DNA from: an uncultured Bacteroidales bacterium
GTDB lineage: Bacteria > Bacteroidota > Bacteroidia > Bacteroidales > ML635J-15
Assembly: GCA_937899245.1 (NCBI GenBank)
Contig: CALDKB010000049.1
Location: 133,101-197,100 of the forward strand
DNA: 64,000 nucleotides
Direction of reading: 5' to 3'
The notes beneath the pieces are model-generated. The model had not been told where the DNA came from. It ran no database searches and was given only the letters and a program-made list of their open reading frames with translations. Positions within the stretch are counted from its first letter, which is position 1. Every line of letters starts with the position of its first letter. Shown in pieces: positions 1-10,739 of this stretch. The position numbers and the translations under genes were made by a program.

Positions 1-450
1 AGATTGTCGCACTATCTTTCTGGTCGAAATAATGTGTCATTAGAATTTGTGACTGGAATTTTGGAAAGATTTCGCGGTATAAATCCCGATTGGCTTTTGT
101 TTGGACGTGGCGATATGTACAAGTCTAACGAGTCTGGGGTTCGACAAAGTCAAACGCAGGGCGACTTGTTTTCTTCAGCCGACGTTAATGATTCGGTTAC
201 TAAATCCGATGTTAATGACGTTCCGTCTATGCAGCCGCTTTCTTCTGTAGAACAGGAACCTAAAGTGCAGGAAGTCTCTAATTCTATTGACAATGAGGAT
301 ATTGCAGATTCTCCTATTGCTAAAAATGTAAATCGAACAGTAGAAGATGTTGCCGAAAGGCCAAATGGACATAAGACGATGGAAAAGATTGTCGTCTTTT
401 ATGCTGACGGAACTTTCGACTGCTATTTTCCAAATGGAAAGCGAATATAA
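1..450 (+). CDS. HTH (XRE/Cro-like) DNA-binding protein, 5'-truncated by the window edge
   Basis: The reading frame is open to position 1. The visible N-terminal part, HYLSGRNNVSLEFVTGILERFRGINPDWLLFGRGDM, resembles the end of Bacteroidota XRE-type HTH domains and is followed by a Ser/Asp-rich tail. Confidence 0.5.
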   Translation, partial: RLSHYLSGRNNVSLEFVTGILERFRGINPDWLLFGRGDMYKSNESGVRQSQTQGDLFSSADVNDSVTKSDVNDVPSMQPLSSVEQEPKVQEVSNSIDNEDIADSPIAKNVNRTVEDVAERPNGHKTMEKIVVFYADGTFDCYFPNGKRI

Positions 451-506
451 TGGAGCTTCGCCTATATAATATATAGGTAAAAGCGTTGTCGTGCCGATAA
501 AAATTG

Positions 507-514
507 TATTTTTG
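507..514 (+). promoter_or_regulatory. Bacteroidota -7 promoter box TATTTTTG upstream of clpC
   Basis: Exact TAnnTTTG match 23 nt upstream of ATG 537. It lies inside the longer 504-start ORF, which argues for the 537 start. Confidence 0.45.
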
Positions 515-536
515 CATTCCTAATTTGAAGAGAAAA

Positions 537-3050
537 ATGGATAGAAATTATTCCCAGTCGTTAATAGATACCTTGCAATACAGTAGAGAAGAGGCAGTTA
601 GGATGGGTAGTAATACTCTTAATCCCGAACATTTACTTTTGGGCATATTGCGTAATTCGGATTGTGAGGCGATGCAGAAACTCAAGGAGTTGAATATCAA
701 TATTCCCGAGTTGAAATCGGCTATTGAGGATAGCTGTAAAACAAACGAATTGGCATTGACAGACCCTGACGATGTGGTTGAAAGCAAGCATATTTCGCGA
801 ATACGACTATTTATGCATTCCGAGGCAATTGCCCTGGGAAGTGAAATGATTGACACTTGTCATTTGCTACTTGCAATTCTTAAGGTTCCAAGTCGTTTGC
901 TGCTAGTTCTCGACAAGTTTAACATTGAATATGACTTGTTTAGAATGACTATGGAACTGGGAAATTGGGACGTAGTCAGCGAAGAAGCTTCCGAAGACGA
1001 TGAAGAGGACGAGGTCATTGATGATGGCTTTATGGAGGAATCGTTTGTAGGACGAGGGGAAAGACGTAGCGGTAGACGCTTTAGCAAATCTAAGACGCCT
1101 ATGCTTGACCAGTTCGGTGTTGATTTGACTGCAGCAGCTAAGGAAAACAAGTTGGATCCAGTGTACGGCCGTGAAAGTGAGATAAATCGTATAACTCAGA
1201 TTCTTTCGCGCCGCCGCAAGAATAATCCTGTAATAATTGGCGAACCTGGCGTCGGCAAGTCGGCCATAATAGAAGCTCTGGCAACAAAGATTGTCAACAA
1301 GGAGGTGTCGCATGTCCTTTTTGATAAGCGCCTTATCATGCTGAATATGACGTCGATGGTTGCAGGCACTATGTATCGCGGTCAGTTTGAGGAACGAATG
1401 ACTGATCTTATTGACGAATTGAAGGCGTCAAACGATGTAATATTATTTATTGACGAGATACATACCATTGTTGGTGCCGGCGACATGTCTGGAAACTTTG
1501 ATGCTGCTAATATTCTAAAACCTGCACTTGCTCGCGGTGAAATTCAATGCATAGGTTCAACAACGCTTGACGAATACCGTAAAATAGAGCACGATGGAGC
1601 TTTGGAACGTCGTTTCCAAAAAGTTATAGTTGAGGCGCCGTCTGTTGAGGATACGATACAGATTCTGCAAAAAATTAAGGGCAAATACGAAGATCATCAC
1701 AAGGTTGTATATTCCCAGCAGGCTATCGAAGCTTGTGTAAGACTGACTGACAGGTACATTGGCGACCGTTCGCAGCCGGACAAGGCTATAGATGCAATGG
1801 ATGAGGCCGGCGCTAGGATGCATTCAAGCAAAGTCGCTGTGCCGTCTAAAATTATGGAAATTGAGGAAGAACTTCAGAAGGTTCGTGAGTCAAAAATGCA
1901 ATCTGTTAAGGACCAGCAATTTGAGGTCGCTGCTGCGTATCGAGATCGCGAACGCGAGCTGGAGACTTCTATTGAGCATATCAAGAAGCAGTGGATGTCG
2001 GAGATGAACGACGACAAAAAACTCATTACCGAAGATGATGTCGCTGAGGTTGTCGCAATGATTTCTGGTGTGCCTGTAAAACGTGTCGCTCAGACCGAAG
2101 GTGCCCGCCTGCTTGAGATGAACAATGCTCTTTCTGGCAAAATAATTGGCCAGGATGATGCTATATCAAAGATTGTCAGTGCTATACAGCGCAATCGTGC
2201 TGGACTTAAGGATCCGAATAAGCCAATTGGCACATTTATTTTCCTAGGTCCGACTGGTGTCGGAAAAACTCAGCTGGCAAAGATTCTTGCAAAATATTTG
2301 TTTGACACAGAAGACGCTCTTATTCGTATCGACATGAGCGAGTTTATGGAGAAATTTTCTGTTTCCAGACTTGTCGGAGCGCCTCCCGGATACGTTGGAT
2401 ACGAGGAGGGTGGTCAGTTGACCGAACGTGTTCGTCGTAAGCCTTATTCGGTAGTTTTGCTCGACGAGATTGAAAAAGCTCATCCTGATGTTTTTAATAT
2501 CTTGTTGCAAATACTTGATGAAGGACGTCTTACCGACAGTTCTGGCAGAAAGATTGACTTTAGGAATACAATCTTGATTATGACGTCTAATATCGGTTCT
2601 AGGCAGTTGTCTGATTTCGGTATTGGCGTTGGCTTCGATACTAAGGCAAGAAAAGATTCGTATAACGAAAACACAAAGTCAATCATTGAAAATGCGTTGA
2701 AAAAAACATTCTCGCCAGAATTTATCAATAGAATCGACGACATAATTCAGTTCAACACGCTTACCAAGGAAGATATCGGCAAGATTATCGACATTGAGCT
2801 TGTCGGCTTGTACGAACGTGTACGTGATATGGGATTCACATTGAAAATTGAACAGTCGGCTAAAGACTTTGTCATCGAAAAAGGCTTCGATCCTAAGTTT
2901 GGCGCAAGACCGTTGAAGCGTGCTATTCAGCGTTATATTGAAGATGTGCTTGCCGAATATATTATCAAGGCTGAAATATCAAAGGAGAATTGCATTTCTC
3001 TTGAGTACTCTGAAGGCGACGGCATGAAGGTTATCTTGTCTAAAATCTAA
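537..3050 (+). CDS. clpC: ATP-dependent Clp protease ATP-binding subunit ClpC (class I AAA+ chaperone)
   Basis: Two Clp_N repeats, Walker A motifs GEPGVGKS and GPTGVGKT, and a UVR-like linker [17 protein letters not shown] between the two AAA modules. The protein is ~837 aa. Confidence 0.92.
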   Translation: MDRNYSQSLIDTLQYSREEAVRMGSNTLNPEHLLLGILRNSDCEAMQKLKELNINIPELKSAIEDSCKTNELALTDPDDVVESKHISRIRLFMHSEAIALGSEMIDTCHLLLAILKVPSRLLLVLDKFNIEYDLFRMTMELGNWDVVSEEASEDDEEDEVIDDGFMEESFVGRGERRSGRRFSKSKTPMLDQFGVDLTAAAKENKLDPVYGRESEINRITQILSRRRKNNPVIIGEPGVGKSAIIEALATKIVNKEVSHVLFDKRLIMLNMTSMVAGTMYRGQFEERMTDLIDELKASNDVILFIDEIHTIVGAGDMSGNFDAANILKPALARGEIQCIGSTTLDEYRKIEHDGALERRFQKVIVEAPSVEDTIQILQKIKGKYEDHHKVVYSQQAIEACVRLTDRYIGDRSQPDKAIDAMDEAGARMHSSKVAVPSKIMEIEEELQKVRESKMQSVKDQQFEVAAAYRDRERELETSIEHIKKQWMSEMNDDKKLITEDDVAEVVAMISGVPVKRVAQTEGARLLEMNNALSGKIIGQDDAISKIVSAIQRNRAGLKDPNKPIGTFIFLGPTGVGKTQLAKILAKYLFDTEDALIRIDMSEFMEKFSVSRLVGAPPGYVGYEEGGQLTERVRRKPYSVVLLDEIEKAHPDVFNILLQILDEGRLTDSSGRKIDFRNTILIMTSNIGSRQLSDFGIGVGFDTKARKDSYNENTKSIIENALKKTFSPEFINRIDDIIQFNTLTKEDIGKIIDIELVGLYERVRDMGFTLKIEQSAKDFVIEKGFDPKFGARPLKRAIQRYIEDVLAEYIIKAEISKENCISLEYSEGDGMKVILSKI

Positions 3051-3052
3051 TA

Positions 3053-3871
3053 ATGGACAATAACAACTTAACCGTCAACGCATTGTGGATAGGCAAGTAC
3101 CTGTCGGCATGTGAGTTGTTGACCATAAAATCGTTCTTGAATAATGGACATCGGTTTGTCCTTTGGACATACGACGAAATAAAAACCATGCTTCCTGAAG
3201 GTGTGGAACTTCATGATGCTGCGGAAATTATTCCTAGAGAAAAAGTATTCTGCTATAAGTATAGGAATCAATTTGGCCATGGCAAAGGCAGTTATGCTGG
3301 ATTCAGCGATATTTTTAGGTATAAATTGCTGTATTTGTATGGCGGTTGGTGGACAGATATGGACGTAACTTGCCTAAAACCAATGGATTTTGAAGATGAG
3401 TATGTGTTTCGTACACATCATTCGTTGCCTTTGGTAGGTAATATTATGAAATGTCCAAAGGGGGCTGAACTCATGAAGGCTTGCTGGGAAGAGGCAGAAC
3501 AAAAAATTGACGAAAATAATAGGGATTGGCATTTGCCGATAAATATATTGGTTGACAATGTCAATAGGTTCGGGCTGGGTAACTTCATAAAGTCTTACTC
3601 GAATCCTGATTCATGGAATGTAGTACGAAAGCTCTTGAAGGGAAAAACGGAGGTTCCCGACGAATGGCATGTGATACATTGGATAAACGAGGAGTGGAGG
3701 CGCAATAAAATCGACCGGTATTATTTTCTGAAGAAATCGTTTTTTTCAAAATTGGCAGAAAGGAATGGCGTTGCTATTGGTCATCCAAATTTTTTGAAAT
3801 CAATTTCGGTCCGCATTAAACTTTCGTTGGCATGGCATAGCTACCGCGTTAGTGTTGGAAACCGAAACTGA
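3053..3871 (+). CDS. Putative glycosyltransferase with DXD motif (GT32 / sugar-binding-region family-like)
   Basis: 272-aa ORF starting 2 nt after the clpC stop. It shows LWIGKxL...FSDIFRYKLLYLYGGWWTDMDV, the pattern typical of DXD-containing alpha-glycosyltransferases. The family assignment is from memory only. Confidence 0.55.
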   Translation: MDNNNLTVNALWIGKYLSACELLTIKSFLNNGHRFVLWTYDEIKTMLPEGVELHDAAEIIPREKVFCYKYRNQFGHGKGSYAGFSDIFRYKLLYLYGGWWTDMDVTCLKPMDFEDEYVFRTHHSLPLVGNIMKCPKGAELMKACWEEAEQKIDENNRDWHLPINILVDNVNRFGLGNFIKSYSNPDSWNVVRKLLKGKTEVPDEWHVIHWINEEWRRNKIDRYYFLKKSFFSKLAERNGVAIGHPNFLKSISVRIKLSLAWHSYRVSVGNRN

Positions 3872-3899
3872 TTTCAAAAATTGTCAGTATAATCTTTCG

Positions 3900-4766
3900 T
3901 TAAATTCGAGGATCATTTGGGCCGCTAATGTCTTTAAGTTTTTTGATGGCCTTGTATTTGGCCTGATAAACTTGTTGCTCGGTCATGTTTTCCTCTTCGG
4001 CAATATCTCTAATTGACATTTCTTCAGCATCATAGCCAAAAGTGTGTTTCAGTACATTGCGGCTCTTTTCGTCTATTTCAGGCGAATAAAGTGCAAAGTC
4101 GATTGTGTCCCTGTAGTGAGTAGTCGTGAAGTTTTCGTATGGATCACTACCGTCTGAAATGGTATCGCCAATGCAGTATCCGCTTTCCGAATCAATTAAG
4201 GTGTCGATAGATACCGTTGTCGTGCTGTCGAAAGTACTTGTAACGACATATTCTGGAAGTCCAAGTTCTTCTGCCAGTTCAAAAGTTGTGGGATTTCGCT
4301 TGTGTTTGTGTGCGAACCTATTGGCTGCTTTCATAATCTTCTTTTTCTCGTTTATGACATTTGCAGGAATTCGTATGGTTCTGCCATACTTGTTTAGTTC
4401 GTCCATGATTGCCTGGTGAATCCAGTATGTAGCAAAGGAGATGAACTTGAAGCCTCTTTTTTCGTCAAACTTATTTGCAGCAGTTATAAGGCCAATGTTA
4501 CCTGCTTCTATCAAATCAAGAAGGTCAAGACCGCATTTTTGGTAAGACTTTGCTACAGAGATGACATAACGAAGATTTGAGTTCACTAATTCCACAAGGG
4601 CTTTGGGGTCGTTTTGCCTGATTCTATTAGCCAGCTCAACTTCTTGAGCTTGGGTTAGAAGTTTGTAGTTTGAAATTTGACGCATGTAAATGTTTAGATT
4701 TGCGTCGGTGCGATCGGTAATCGACTTACTGATAGTAAAATCTTTCATAGACTTAATTTTTTTCAT
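3900..4766 (-). CDS. Sigma-70 family RNA polymerase sigma factor, divergent paralog of the adjacent rpoD
   Basis: Full region 1.2-2-3-4 architecture: RYVISVAKSYQ, GNIGLITAANKFDEKRGFKFISFATYWIHQAI, and a C-terminal HTH IRDIAEEENMTEQQVYQAKYKAIKKLK. Alignment with rpoD suggests the start may instead be the ATG at 4748. Confidence 0.8.
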   Translation of the reverse strand: MKKIKSMKDFTISKSITDRTDANLNIYMRQISNYKLLTQAQEVELANRIRQNDPKALVELVNSNLRYVISVAKSYQKCGLDLLDLIEAGNIGLITAANKFDEKRGFKFISFATYWIHQAIMDELNKYGRTIRIPANVINEKKKIMKAANRFAHKHKRNPTTFELAEELGLPEYVVTSTFDSTTTVSIDTLIDSESGYCIGDTISDGSDPYENFTTTHYRDTIDFALYSPEIDEKSRNVLKHTFGYDAEEMSIRDIAEEENMTEQQVYQAKYKAIKKLKDISGPNDPRI

Positions 4767-4966
4767 TAATATATATTGGTATTTTCAATTTTTTTCATCA
4801 GATTGCAAGGTGTGGCAATAACACAAACTGTGCCCGGTCATTATTTTCTTGAGGAAAACTCAAAAAAATGCTATTTTTAGTAGATTTTAATTGACCGTGA
4901 ACTTAAAGTTGTGACAATTTGTCTAGTTGTCACCTCTTGTGTCATGTCGTATTGGCGTATGGTGGT

Positions 4967-4996
4967 AAAAAAAGCATCCGTTAGGATGCTTTTTTA
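4967..4996 (-). terminator. Rho-independent terminator downstream of rpoD (bidirectional shape)
   Basis: The GCATCC (4974-4979) / GGATGC (4984-4989) stem has a 4-nt loop, flanked by an A7 run on one side and a T6 run on the other. It sits 3 nt beyond the rpoD stop. Confidence 0.75.
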
Positions 4997-4998
4997 AG

Positions 4999-5859
4999 TT
5001 ATCCTAAATAGCTTTTTAGCAATTTGCTTCTGTTGGAATGCTTTAGTCTGCGGATTGCTTTTTCCTTAATTTGGCGAACTCTTTCTCTTGTCAAACCAAA
5101 CTGGTCGCTGATTTCTTCAAGTGTTCTTTCTGGACCTCCAATGCCAAAGAACATTTTGACGATTTCTCTTTCTCTTTCAGTTAAAGCGGCAAGCACTCGT
5201 TCGATTTCCTTCGAAAGCGATTCTTCGATAAGCTTTGAATCGGTGTTCGGCAGGTCTGTGTTTTCAAGAACGTCGACAAGGCTGTTGTCTTCTCCATTTG
5301 CAAAAGGAGCATCCATGGAAACGTGACGACCGGAAACCTTCAATGTGTCAGAAATTTTATCTTCTGGCATGTCTAGAACCTTTGCAAGTTCTTCTGAGGT
5401 TGGACGGCGTTCGTTTTCCTGCTCGAAGCGAGAAAAAGCCTTGTTGATTTTATTTAATGAACCTACTTGGTTCAAAGGTAATCTAACGATTCGTGCTTGT
5501 TCGGCCAATGCCTGCAATATTGATTGGCGAATCCACCACACTGCGTATGATATAAATTTGAAGCCTCTTGTTTCGTCAAATTTTTCAGCTGCCCTAATAA
5601 GTCCCAAGTTGCCTTCGTTGATAAGGTCGGGGAGGCTTAAGCCCTGATTTTGGTATTGTTTTGCTACAGAAACGACAAATCTCAAATTGGCCTTTGTGAG
5701 TTTTTCCAATGCCTGTCGGTCGCCCTTCCTGATTCTTTGAGCTAATTCAACTTCTTCTTCAACAGTAATAAGTTCTTCTCTACCAATCTCTTGTAAGTAT
5801 TTGTCCAAAGATGCACTTTCACGATTGGTAATTGATTTTGTAATTTTTAATTGTCTCAT
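4999..5859 (-). CDS. rpoD: Primary RNA polymerase sigma factor (short Bacteroidota sigma-A type)
   Basis: 286 aa with [51 protein letters not shown] and region 4 [28 protein letters not shown]. Confidence 0.92.
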   Translation of the reverse strand: MRQLKITKSITNRESASLDKYLQEIGREELITVEEEVELAQRIRKGDRQALEKLTKANLRFVVSVAKQYQNQGLSLPDLINEGNLGLIRAAEKFDETRGFKFISYAVWWIRQSILQALAEQARIVRLPLNQVGSLNKINKAFSRFEQENERRPTSEELAKVLDMPEDKISDTLKVSGRHVSMDAPFANGEDNSLVDVLENTDLPNTDSKLIEESLSKEIERVLAALTEREREIVKMFFGIGGPERTLEEISDQFGLTRERVRQIKEKAIRRLKHSNRSKLLKSYLG

Positions 5860-5920
5860 TTCAAAATTTATAAACTATTCCCTTATACGATGAATTAGAA
5901 AAAAAGTTTTATCTGATTGC

Positions 5921-5954
5921 AAAAAAAAATCTGCCTCTTGCGAAGCAGATTTTT
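5921..5954 (-). terminator. Rho-independent terminator downstream of the T9SS cargo gene
   Basis: A stem at 5929-5937 / 5942-5950 (one mismatch, TTGC loop) is preceded on the + strand by A9. On the minus strand this gives a U9 tail after the hairpin. Confidence 0.7.
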
Positions 5955-5974
5955 ATATGCGTAGAAACAACCTG

Positions 5975-8908
5975 TTACCTAATGATATTTACCTTGATAA
6001 CTTTTTCGTTAATCTTGATGAAGTATGTTCCGCTAACAAGATTGCTAATGTCTACAGATTGATTGTTTGAAATGCCGTTCTTTGTCATAACTGTCTGGCC
6101 AAGAGCGTTTACGAATTCAACATTTGCGTTTTCAGCATTTGCAATTGTAATAACATTGTTTGCCGGATTCGGGTAGATGCTGATTTCGTTAGCTGCATTT
6201 TCCTCAATTTCGGTACATAGGTCGATTGTTATAGAATCTGTTGCAACGCTAGTTCCGCATTCGTTTGTTGCAGTAAGTACTACATTGTATGTTCCGTTTG
6301 TGGTGTAGTTCATTGTTGGGTTTTCTTCGGTTGAAGTTGTGCTGCCGTCACCGAAAAGGCTGCCGATGTCGAATCCAGTTTCACCAGTCAAATCGCCAAG
6401 GTTGATGCCAAGGCCATCGCCGAAGTTCCAAGCGTATGAATCTGCATTTTCGGAAGTATTTGTGAATACGACAGTTCCGGTACATGGCTCGTTGGTGTAA
6501 GTGAACGAAGCAGACGGAACAGGAACCTGACATCCGTAAACTATGAACTGGGCAATTGCTGCACCGTTGATATTGCCGCCCATAAAGTTGCTAATGTCGA
6601 ATGGAATTTCTTCGCCACCCATATTCATGCTGGAGGTCTTGAATGAGAAGCGGAATTTAACGTTAGTGAGGTCTGCACCTGCAGGGAAAGAGAGGGAAGT
6701 TTTAACGGAGATGAAACCGTCAGAATTGCCAGACCATCCTGGTTCGCTGACTTCACTCATCAGTTCGTTTGCTGAATACCATCCTTCGTTAAGTTCGCCT
6801 GCTGTAACTGTAATCCATGCAGATCCGTTCAAGGTGTACTGGAGCGAAAGGTTTCCACCAAACATTCCCATCATGCTGCTTGGGTCGATTGGTGTTTCTT
6901 CGCCTTCAATATCGCCCATGTCGATAGAACTCATATTATATTTAAGGTATATCTTGACGATTGGGTTTGTTATATTGCTCAGATCGTAGCAAGGCGAATA
7001 CAAGAAAGAAGTTTCGTTGTCGTTTGCCGGTCCGTTTGGATTTGTTGCCCATGTCCATGTGCTGTCGGAGCCATTTGCTGTTTTGCCGAAAGCCCACGAA
7101 GAGTTGGTTCCTGCCGGGTACCAGTCGTTGATAATTCTATATTGTGGATTTGTGTTGTAAACGTCGTCAAAGATAACTTCAGCGTTTGTGTATAAACCTT
7201 GTGAGACAACAGACTTTTCTGTAGCATTGTTGCTGTTTTCTTCATCGTCTCCGGTTGATGCCAGGATTATGTATTCGCCATAAGTTGACAAATTTGTCGA
7301 TGTGTTGAATGTGTAGTTGTAAGTTTCTGATGGTGCAATTGAAGTTGCTATTGTTTCTTCTGTCCATGTTGCGCCGTCGTCAAGCGAGAACTTTACAGTG
7401 TAGTTCGACTGTGCCTGGCGTCCGTAGTTCTTTACAACAATAGCTACATGAGTGTCAGACAAACCACAGCCGGAAACAGGTGCCGTAATGCTTGTTACGC
7501 CAAGGTCGTTCTGAGGTGCGTCCTTGATGATGATGTTGTCGATGGCAACACCTTCGCCGCCAACGGTAGTAATACCTATCAATGATGCTATTGAGCTAAG
7601 TCCGACGTTATAGTAAATGCGTAACATAACACTGGATTCGCCTGCATAATTTGCAAGGCTGATGTTTTTGTTAACCCAGCCGGTTGTTGCGTCGATGTTG
7701 GCAACGGTATCCCAGCTGCTACCACCGTTTGTAGAAGCAAGAAGGGCTGACTTTACAGAGAAGGAAATGTCGCCGAGGCCAAACATTGAACCAATCTGGC
7801 TGATGACGCCGCTAAGAGTTGGAAAGTTTGCCTTTACGTCAAAATGAATTTCCGGCATTTCCAATTCTGCAAAACTGAAGCAAGGTCCTGTGATGTTTGA
7901 GTTCGTGCTAACGGCGGTGTCTGTCTTATAATAGTGGTTTTCGTTTTCGTCTGTTAATATTGTCCATGCACCGCTTGCGCTAGGAAGCCATTCTGTTGTT
8001 GCGTTTTCAAAATTCTCAGTGTACGGATAAGAAACAATAACGTTGTTTCTGTGTGCAGTAATACTTTGTGTGTTGTCGGAATTGTTTTCGTCTAATCCGT
8101 ATGTTGCAGTCAATATAATGGTGTTGTTTCCTTCAGCAAGTGCAACGTCGGCAAATGTCATGTTAAGCGATGCGCCGGAGGCGATTTCTGGTAGTGTTTC
8201 GCTTGCGATATCGTTGCCATTTACATTGCATACAACAGTTACAGCATCAGCATCAACAGCTAATTCGCCATTATTAACAATGGTGTAGGAGACGGTTGTG
8301 CTTTCTTCGCAGCCAGATTCAGGTGCGGAAACGGATTGCAAAGCAATGTCATGTTCAACAACTCTTGCAACAGAAAGGTTGAATGTCGCAGTTGTGTAGC
8401 TGGCTGCGCCTTCAGAAATTACAAAACCCAATATGGAAATTGGATCAACGATAAGAGAGTCAACGGCAACAACGATGAAATATTCGTTTCCTGCAATTAG
8501 GTTGGCACCGCTAATTGAGCCTGAAGTCGTTAACGCAGAGGATGTAACAAATGGAGTTCCAACCAATTGTGGAGTCTCTGAGTCAGGACAGCCCTGATAC
8601 AGGAACAAACCTACATTCGGATAAGATGTGTAGGTCGTGGCTGCTGGGGTGTATGTCCTGGAAATACTTGAAATTGAAATGTTTACAGCCATATCTTCTG
8701 TGGGCGTATATGCAAAAACATAATTTCCACTTCTCATGGTGTAATCTGATAGGTTGTAGTGGCATGTGCCAATGGTCGACACGCCTTGCGCCGAAAATGG
8801 CAGACTTGTAATTGCGCTAGGATTAGCACAATTAGAGCCTATTTCTGTTTGTGCAAATGCTACAAACGAAACGAATGCGGCTAGAATTGTTAATAAAGAT
8901 TTTCTCAT
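5975..8908 (-). CDS. Large secreted multidomain protein with PKD domain and T9SS C-terminal sorting domain
   Basis: Signal peptide MRKSLLTILAAFVSFVAFAQ. Two CARDB-like segments (DIALQSVSAPESGC..., DLGVTSITAPVSGC...), a PKD-like segment (FTNTSENADSYAWNFGDG...GTYNVVLTATNECG) and a Por_Secre_tail-like end (ISIYPNPANNVITI...GTYFIKINEKVIKVNIIR). Confidence 0.82.
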   Translation of the reverse strand: MRKSLLTILAAFVSFVAFAQTEIGSNCANPSAITSLPFSAQGVSTIGTCHYNLSDYTMRSGNYVFAYTPTEDMAVNISISSISRTYTPAATTYTSYPNVGLFLYQGCPDSETPQLVGTPFVTSSALTTSGSISGANLIAGNEYFIVVAVDSLIVDPISILGFVISEGAASYTTATFNLSVARVVEHDIALQSVSAPESGCEESTTVSYTIVNNGELAVDADAVTVVCNVNGNDIASETLPEIASGASLNMTFADVALAEGNNTIILTATYGLDENNSDNTQSITAHRNNVIVSYPYTENFENATTEWLPSASGAWTILTDENENHYYKTDTAVSTNSNITGPCFSFAELEMPEIHFDVKANFPTLSGVISQIGSMFGLGDISFSVKSALLASTNGGSSWDTVANIDATTGWVNKNISLANYAGESSVMLRIYYNVGLSSIASLIGITTVGGEGVAIDNIIIKDAPQNDLGVTSITAPVSGCGLSDTHVAIVVKNYGRQAQSNYTVKFSLDDGATWTEETIATSIAPSETYNYTFNTSTNLSTYGEYIILASTGDDEENSNNATEKSVVSQGLYTNAEVIFDDVYNTNPQYRIINDWYPAGTNSSWAFGKTANGSDSTWTWATNPNGPANDNETSFLYSPCYDLSNITNPIVKIYLKYNMSSIDMGDIEGEETPIDPSSMMGMFGGNLSLQYTLNGSAWITVTAGELNEGWYSANELMSEVSEPGWSGNSDGFISVKTSLSFPAGADLTNVKFRFSFKTSSMNMGGEEIPFDISNFMGGNINGAAIAQFIVYGCQVPVPSASFTYTNEPCTGTVVFTNTSENADSYAWNFGDGLGINLGDLTGETGFDIGSLFGDGSTTSTEENPTMNYTTNGTYNVVLTATNECGTSVATDSITIDLCTEIEENAANEISIYPNPANNVITIANAENANVEFVNALGQTVMTKNGISNNQSVDISNLVSGTYFIKINEKVIKVNIIR

Positions 8909-8943
8909 AATTACTTTTTTTAATTAATGGTTTTTTACTGTGA

Positions 8944-8951
8944 CAAATATA
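8944..8951 (-). promoter_or_regulatory. -7 promoter box TATATTTG for the T9SS cargo gene
   Basis: Exact TAnnTTTG match on the minus strand, 36 nt upstream of ATG 8908. Confidence 0.4.
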
Positions 8952-9180
8952 CAAAATTTGTTTTTAGGACTATTAAATAAGGCAATTATTTTGTCAACAG
9001 ACATTTTGTGTTCCGTTATTATTGACTGTTATCGTATTTTGATTTTATGTTTATGAAAATCAGTTTGTTAGCCTCGTCTTGCAAGAATGTGCATTTTGCT
9101 CTGTAGAAGTTTTATTAACAAATTAACAAAAAAAGTTAATAACTTTCTGCTGAATAAAATGCCACAATGACCTTGATTGG

Positions 9181-9188
9181 TATTTTTG
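9181..9188 (+). promoter_or_regulatory. -7 promoter box TATTTTTG upstream of nnr
   Basis: Exact TAnnTTTG match 17 nt upstream of ATG 9205. Confidence 0.45.
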
Positions 9189-9204
9189 TGTAAAATCATT
9201 GGTT

Positions 9205-10734
9205 ATGAGAAAAATACTGACATCTGCGCAAGCTAGGAAACTGGATGAAATGACAATTTCCAAGTTAAACATTACTTCATACGAGTTGATGGAACGTGCT
9301 GTACATCAGCTGTTTCAGAAGATGGCAGATAGCGTTTCCTGGCATTTTGAGAATAAGAGGTTCATTGTTGTCGCAGGGTGTGGCAATAATGGTGGTGACG
9401 GACTTGGCGTGGCCAGATTGCTGATGGAGCATAATGCAAATGTTGTTGTTTGGTTATGTGACTTCTCTTCACGGATAACACCGGAATGCCAGAAGAATTT
9501 AGACTTGCTTTTAGAGAAAAACAGCGAATGTGTTATTTCTTTGAAAAACAATAAAATACCTTCTATTGATTTAAGTGAAAATGTCATAGTTATTGATGCT
9601 ATTTTTGGCACAGGATTGAATAGGTGCGCAGAAGGTCGTTATGCGGAAGTTATAGCTGCTGTAAACAATCTTGGCGCAAGTGTGTGGTCGATTGATATTC
9701 CATCCGGTTTGTTTGGTGAGGGTAATTCAGAAAATCATGGGCAGATAATTAATGCTGACATGACTTTCACGATACAGGATTTTCCTTTGTCCGCAATGTT
9801 TTCTGAAAGTGCTTCATATTTTGGTGAAATATCTATTGTGAATATTGGACATTGCGAAGAATGTATTGATAGCTTATCGCCTGGTTTCAAGTATGTTGAG
9901 GAACTTGATATAATCCGATTGATTAGACATAGGAAATCTTTTGACCATAAGGGCAGTTTCGGCCATGCAATGTTGATTGCGGGGGCGGAGTGCAAGGCTG
10001 GGGCTGCAATAATGTCAGCCCGCGCATGTATGCGTTCAGGCACAGGTCTTTTAACTGTACATTTGCCACGAAATATCGGTAATGTCATGCATGTTTCGTT
10101 GCCAGAAGCAATGGTTGAGTTGGATGTTGATAACAGCTTGCAAACCAATTGTGAAAACCTACATAGATATACTTCTATAGGTATTGGTCCTGGTATCGGC
10201 ACGGACATAAAAACAGTCGGGGTTGTCAAGCAAGTCTTGAACGCCAACCAGCCAACTGTACTTGATGCTGATGCTTTGAATATTATATCAAGCAACGACA
10301 TGATTCCCTATGTGAGAGAGTCAATATTGACGCCGCACCCAAAAGAGTTTGAACGTTTGTTCGGAAAATTCAACTCGTCAATTGAAAGGCTGTCTTTTAT
10401 GTCAAAATTTTCTGTCGAGCATAAAAGTGTAATAGTGCTAAAGGGTGGAGTTACAGCAATTTCGCTAACGACAGGCGAAGTTGTCCTTTATGTCGGATGC
10501 AATCCAGGAATGGCGACTGGAGGTAGTGGCGATGTGCTGACAGGTGTTATAACCGCCTTGACTGCGCAAGGATATTCACTTGATGATGCGGTGCTGCTAG
10601 GAGTGTGGGTGCATGGCGAGGCAGGTCGGCTCGCTTCGGGAAAAATGGGTGTAATATCCATGGTCGCATCAGATATAATTGATAATATACCGCTGGTTTT
10701 CAGGCGTTTGTATGAATTGCATAATTCGTATTAA
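9205..10734 (+). CDS. nnr: Bifunctional NAD(P)H-hydrate repair enzyme (epimerase / ADP-dependent dehydratase)
   Basis: The N-terminal YjeF_N part has GCGNNGGDG. The C-terminal carbohydrate-kinase-like part has HKGSFGH, GPGIG and GGSGDVLTG. Confidence 0.87.
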   Translation: MRKILTSAQARKLDEMTISKLNITSYELMERAVHQLFQKMADSVSWHFENKRFIVVAGCGNNGGDGLGVARLLMEHNANVVVWLCDFSSRITPECQKNLDLLLEKNSECVISLKNNKIPSIDLSENVIVIDAIFGTGLNRCAEGRYAEVIAAVNNLGASVWSIDIPSGLFGEGNSENHGQIINADMTFTIQDFPLSAMFSESASYFGEISIVNIGHCEECIDSLSPGFKYVEELDIIRLIRHRKSFDHKGSFGHAMLIAGAECKAGAAIMSARACMRSGTGLLTVHLPRNIGNVMHVSLPEAMVELDVDNSLQTNCENLHRYTSIGIGPGIGTDIKTVGVVKQVLNANQPTVLDADALNIISSNDMIPYVRESILTPHPKEFERLFGKFNSSIERLSFMSKFSVEHKSVIVLKGGVTAISLTTGEVVLYVGCNPGMATGGSGDVLTGVITALTAQGYSLDDAVLLGVWVHGEAGRLASGKMGVISMVASDIIDNIPLVFRRLYELHNSY

Positions 10735-10739
10735 TTGTA

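Noticed and set aside
504-536. Upstream ATG extensions of several ORFs (clpC 504, DUF349 24407, TBDR 26271, HPt 15538, nrnA 17423, yitT 46251, hpt 47412, OMP 49845, 52201, folC 57558)
   Set aside because: The extensions overlap upstream genes, terminators or promoter boxes, or add non-conserved residues in front of clear signal peptides or conserved N-termini. Internal ATG/GTG/TTG starts were used instead.
9735-10301. 188-aa minus-strand ORF
   Set aside because: It is antisense to nnr, which has clear catalytic motifs. No independent support exists.
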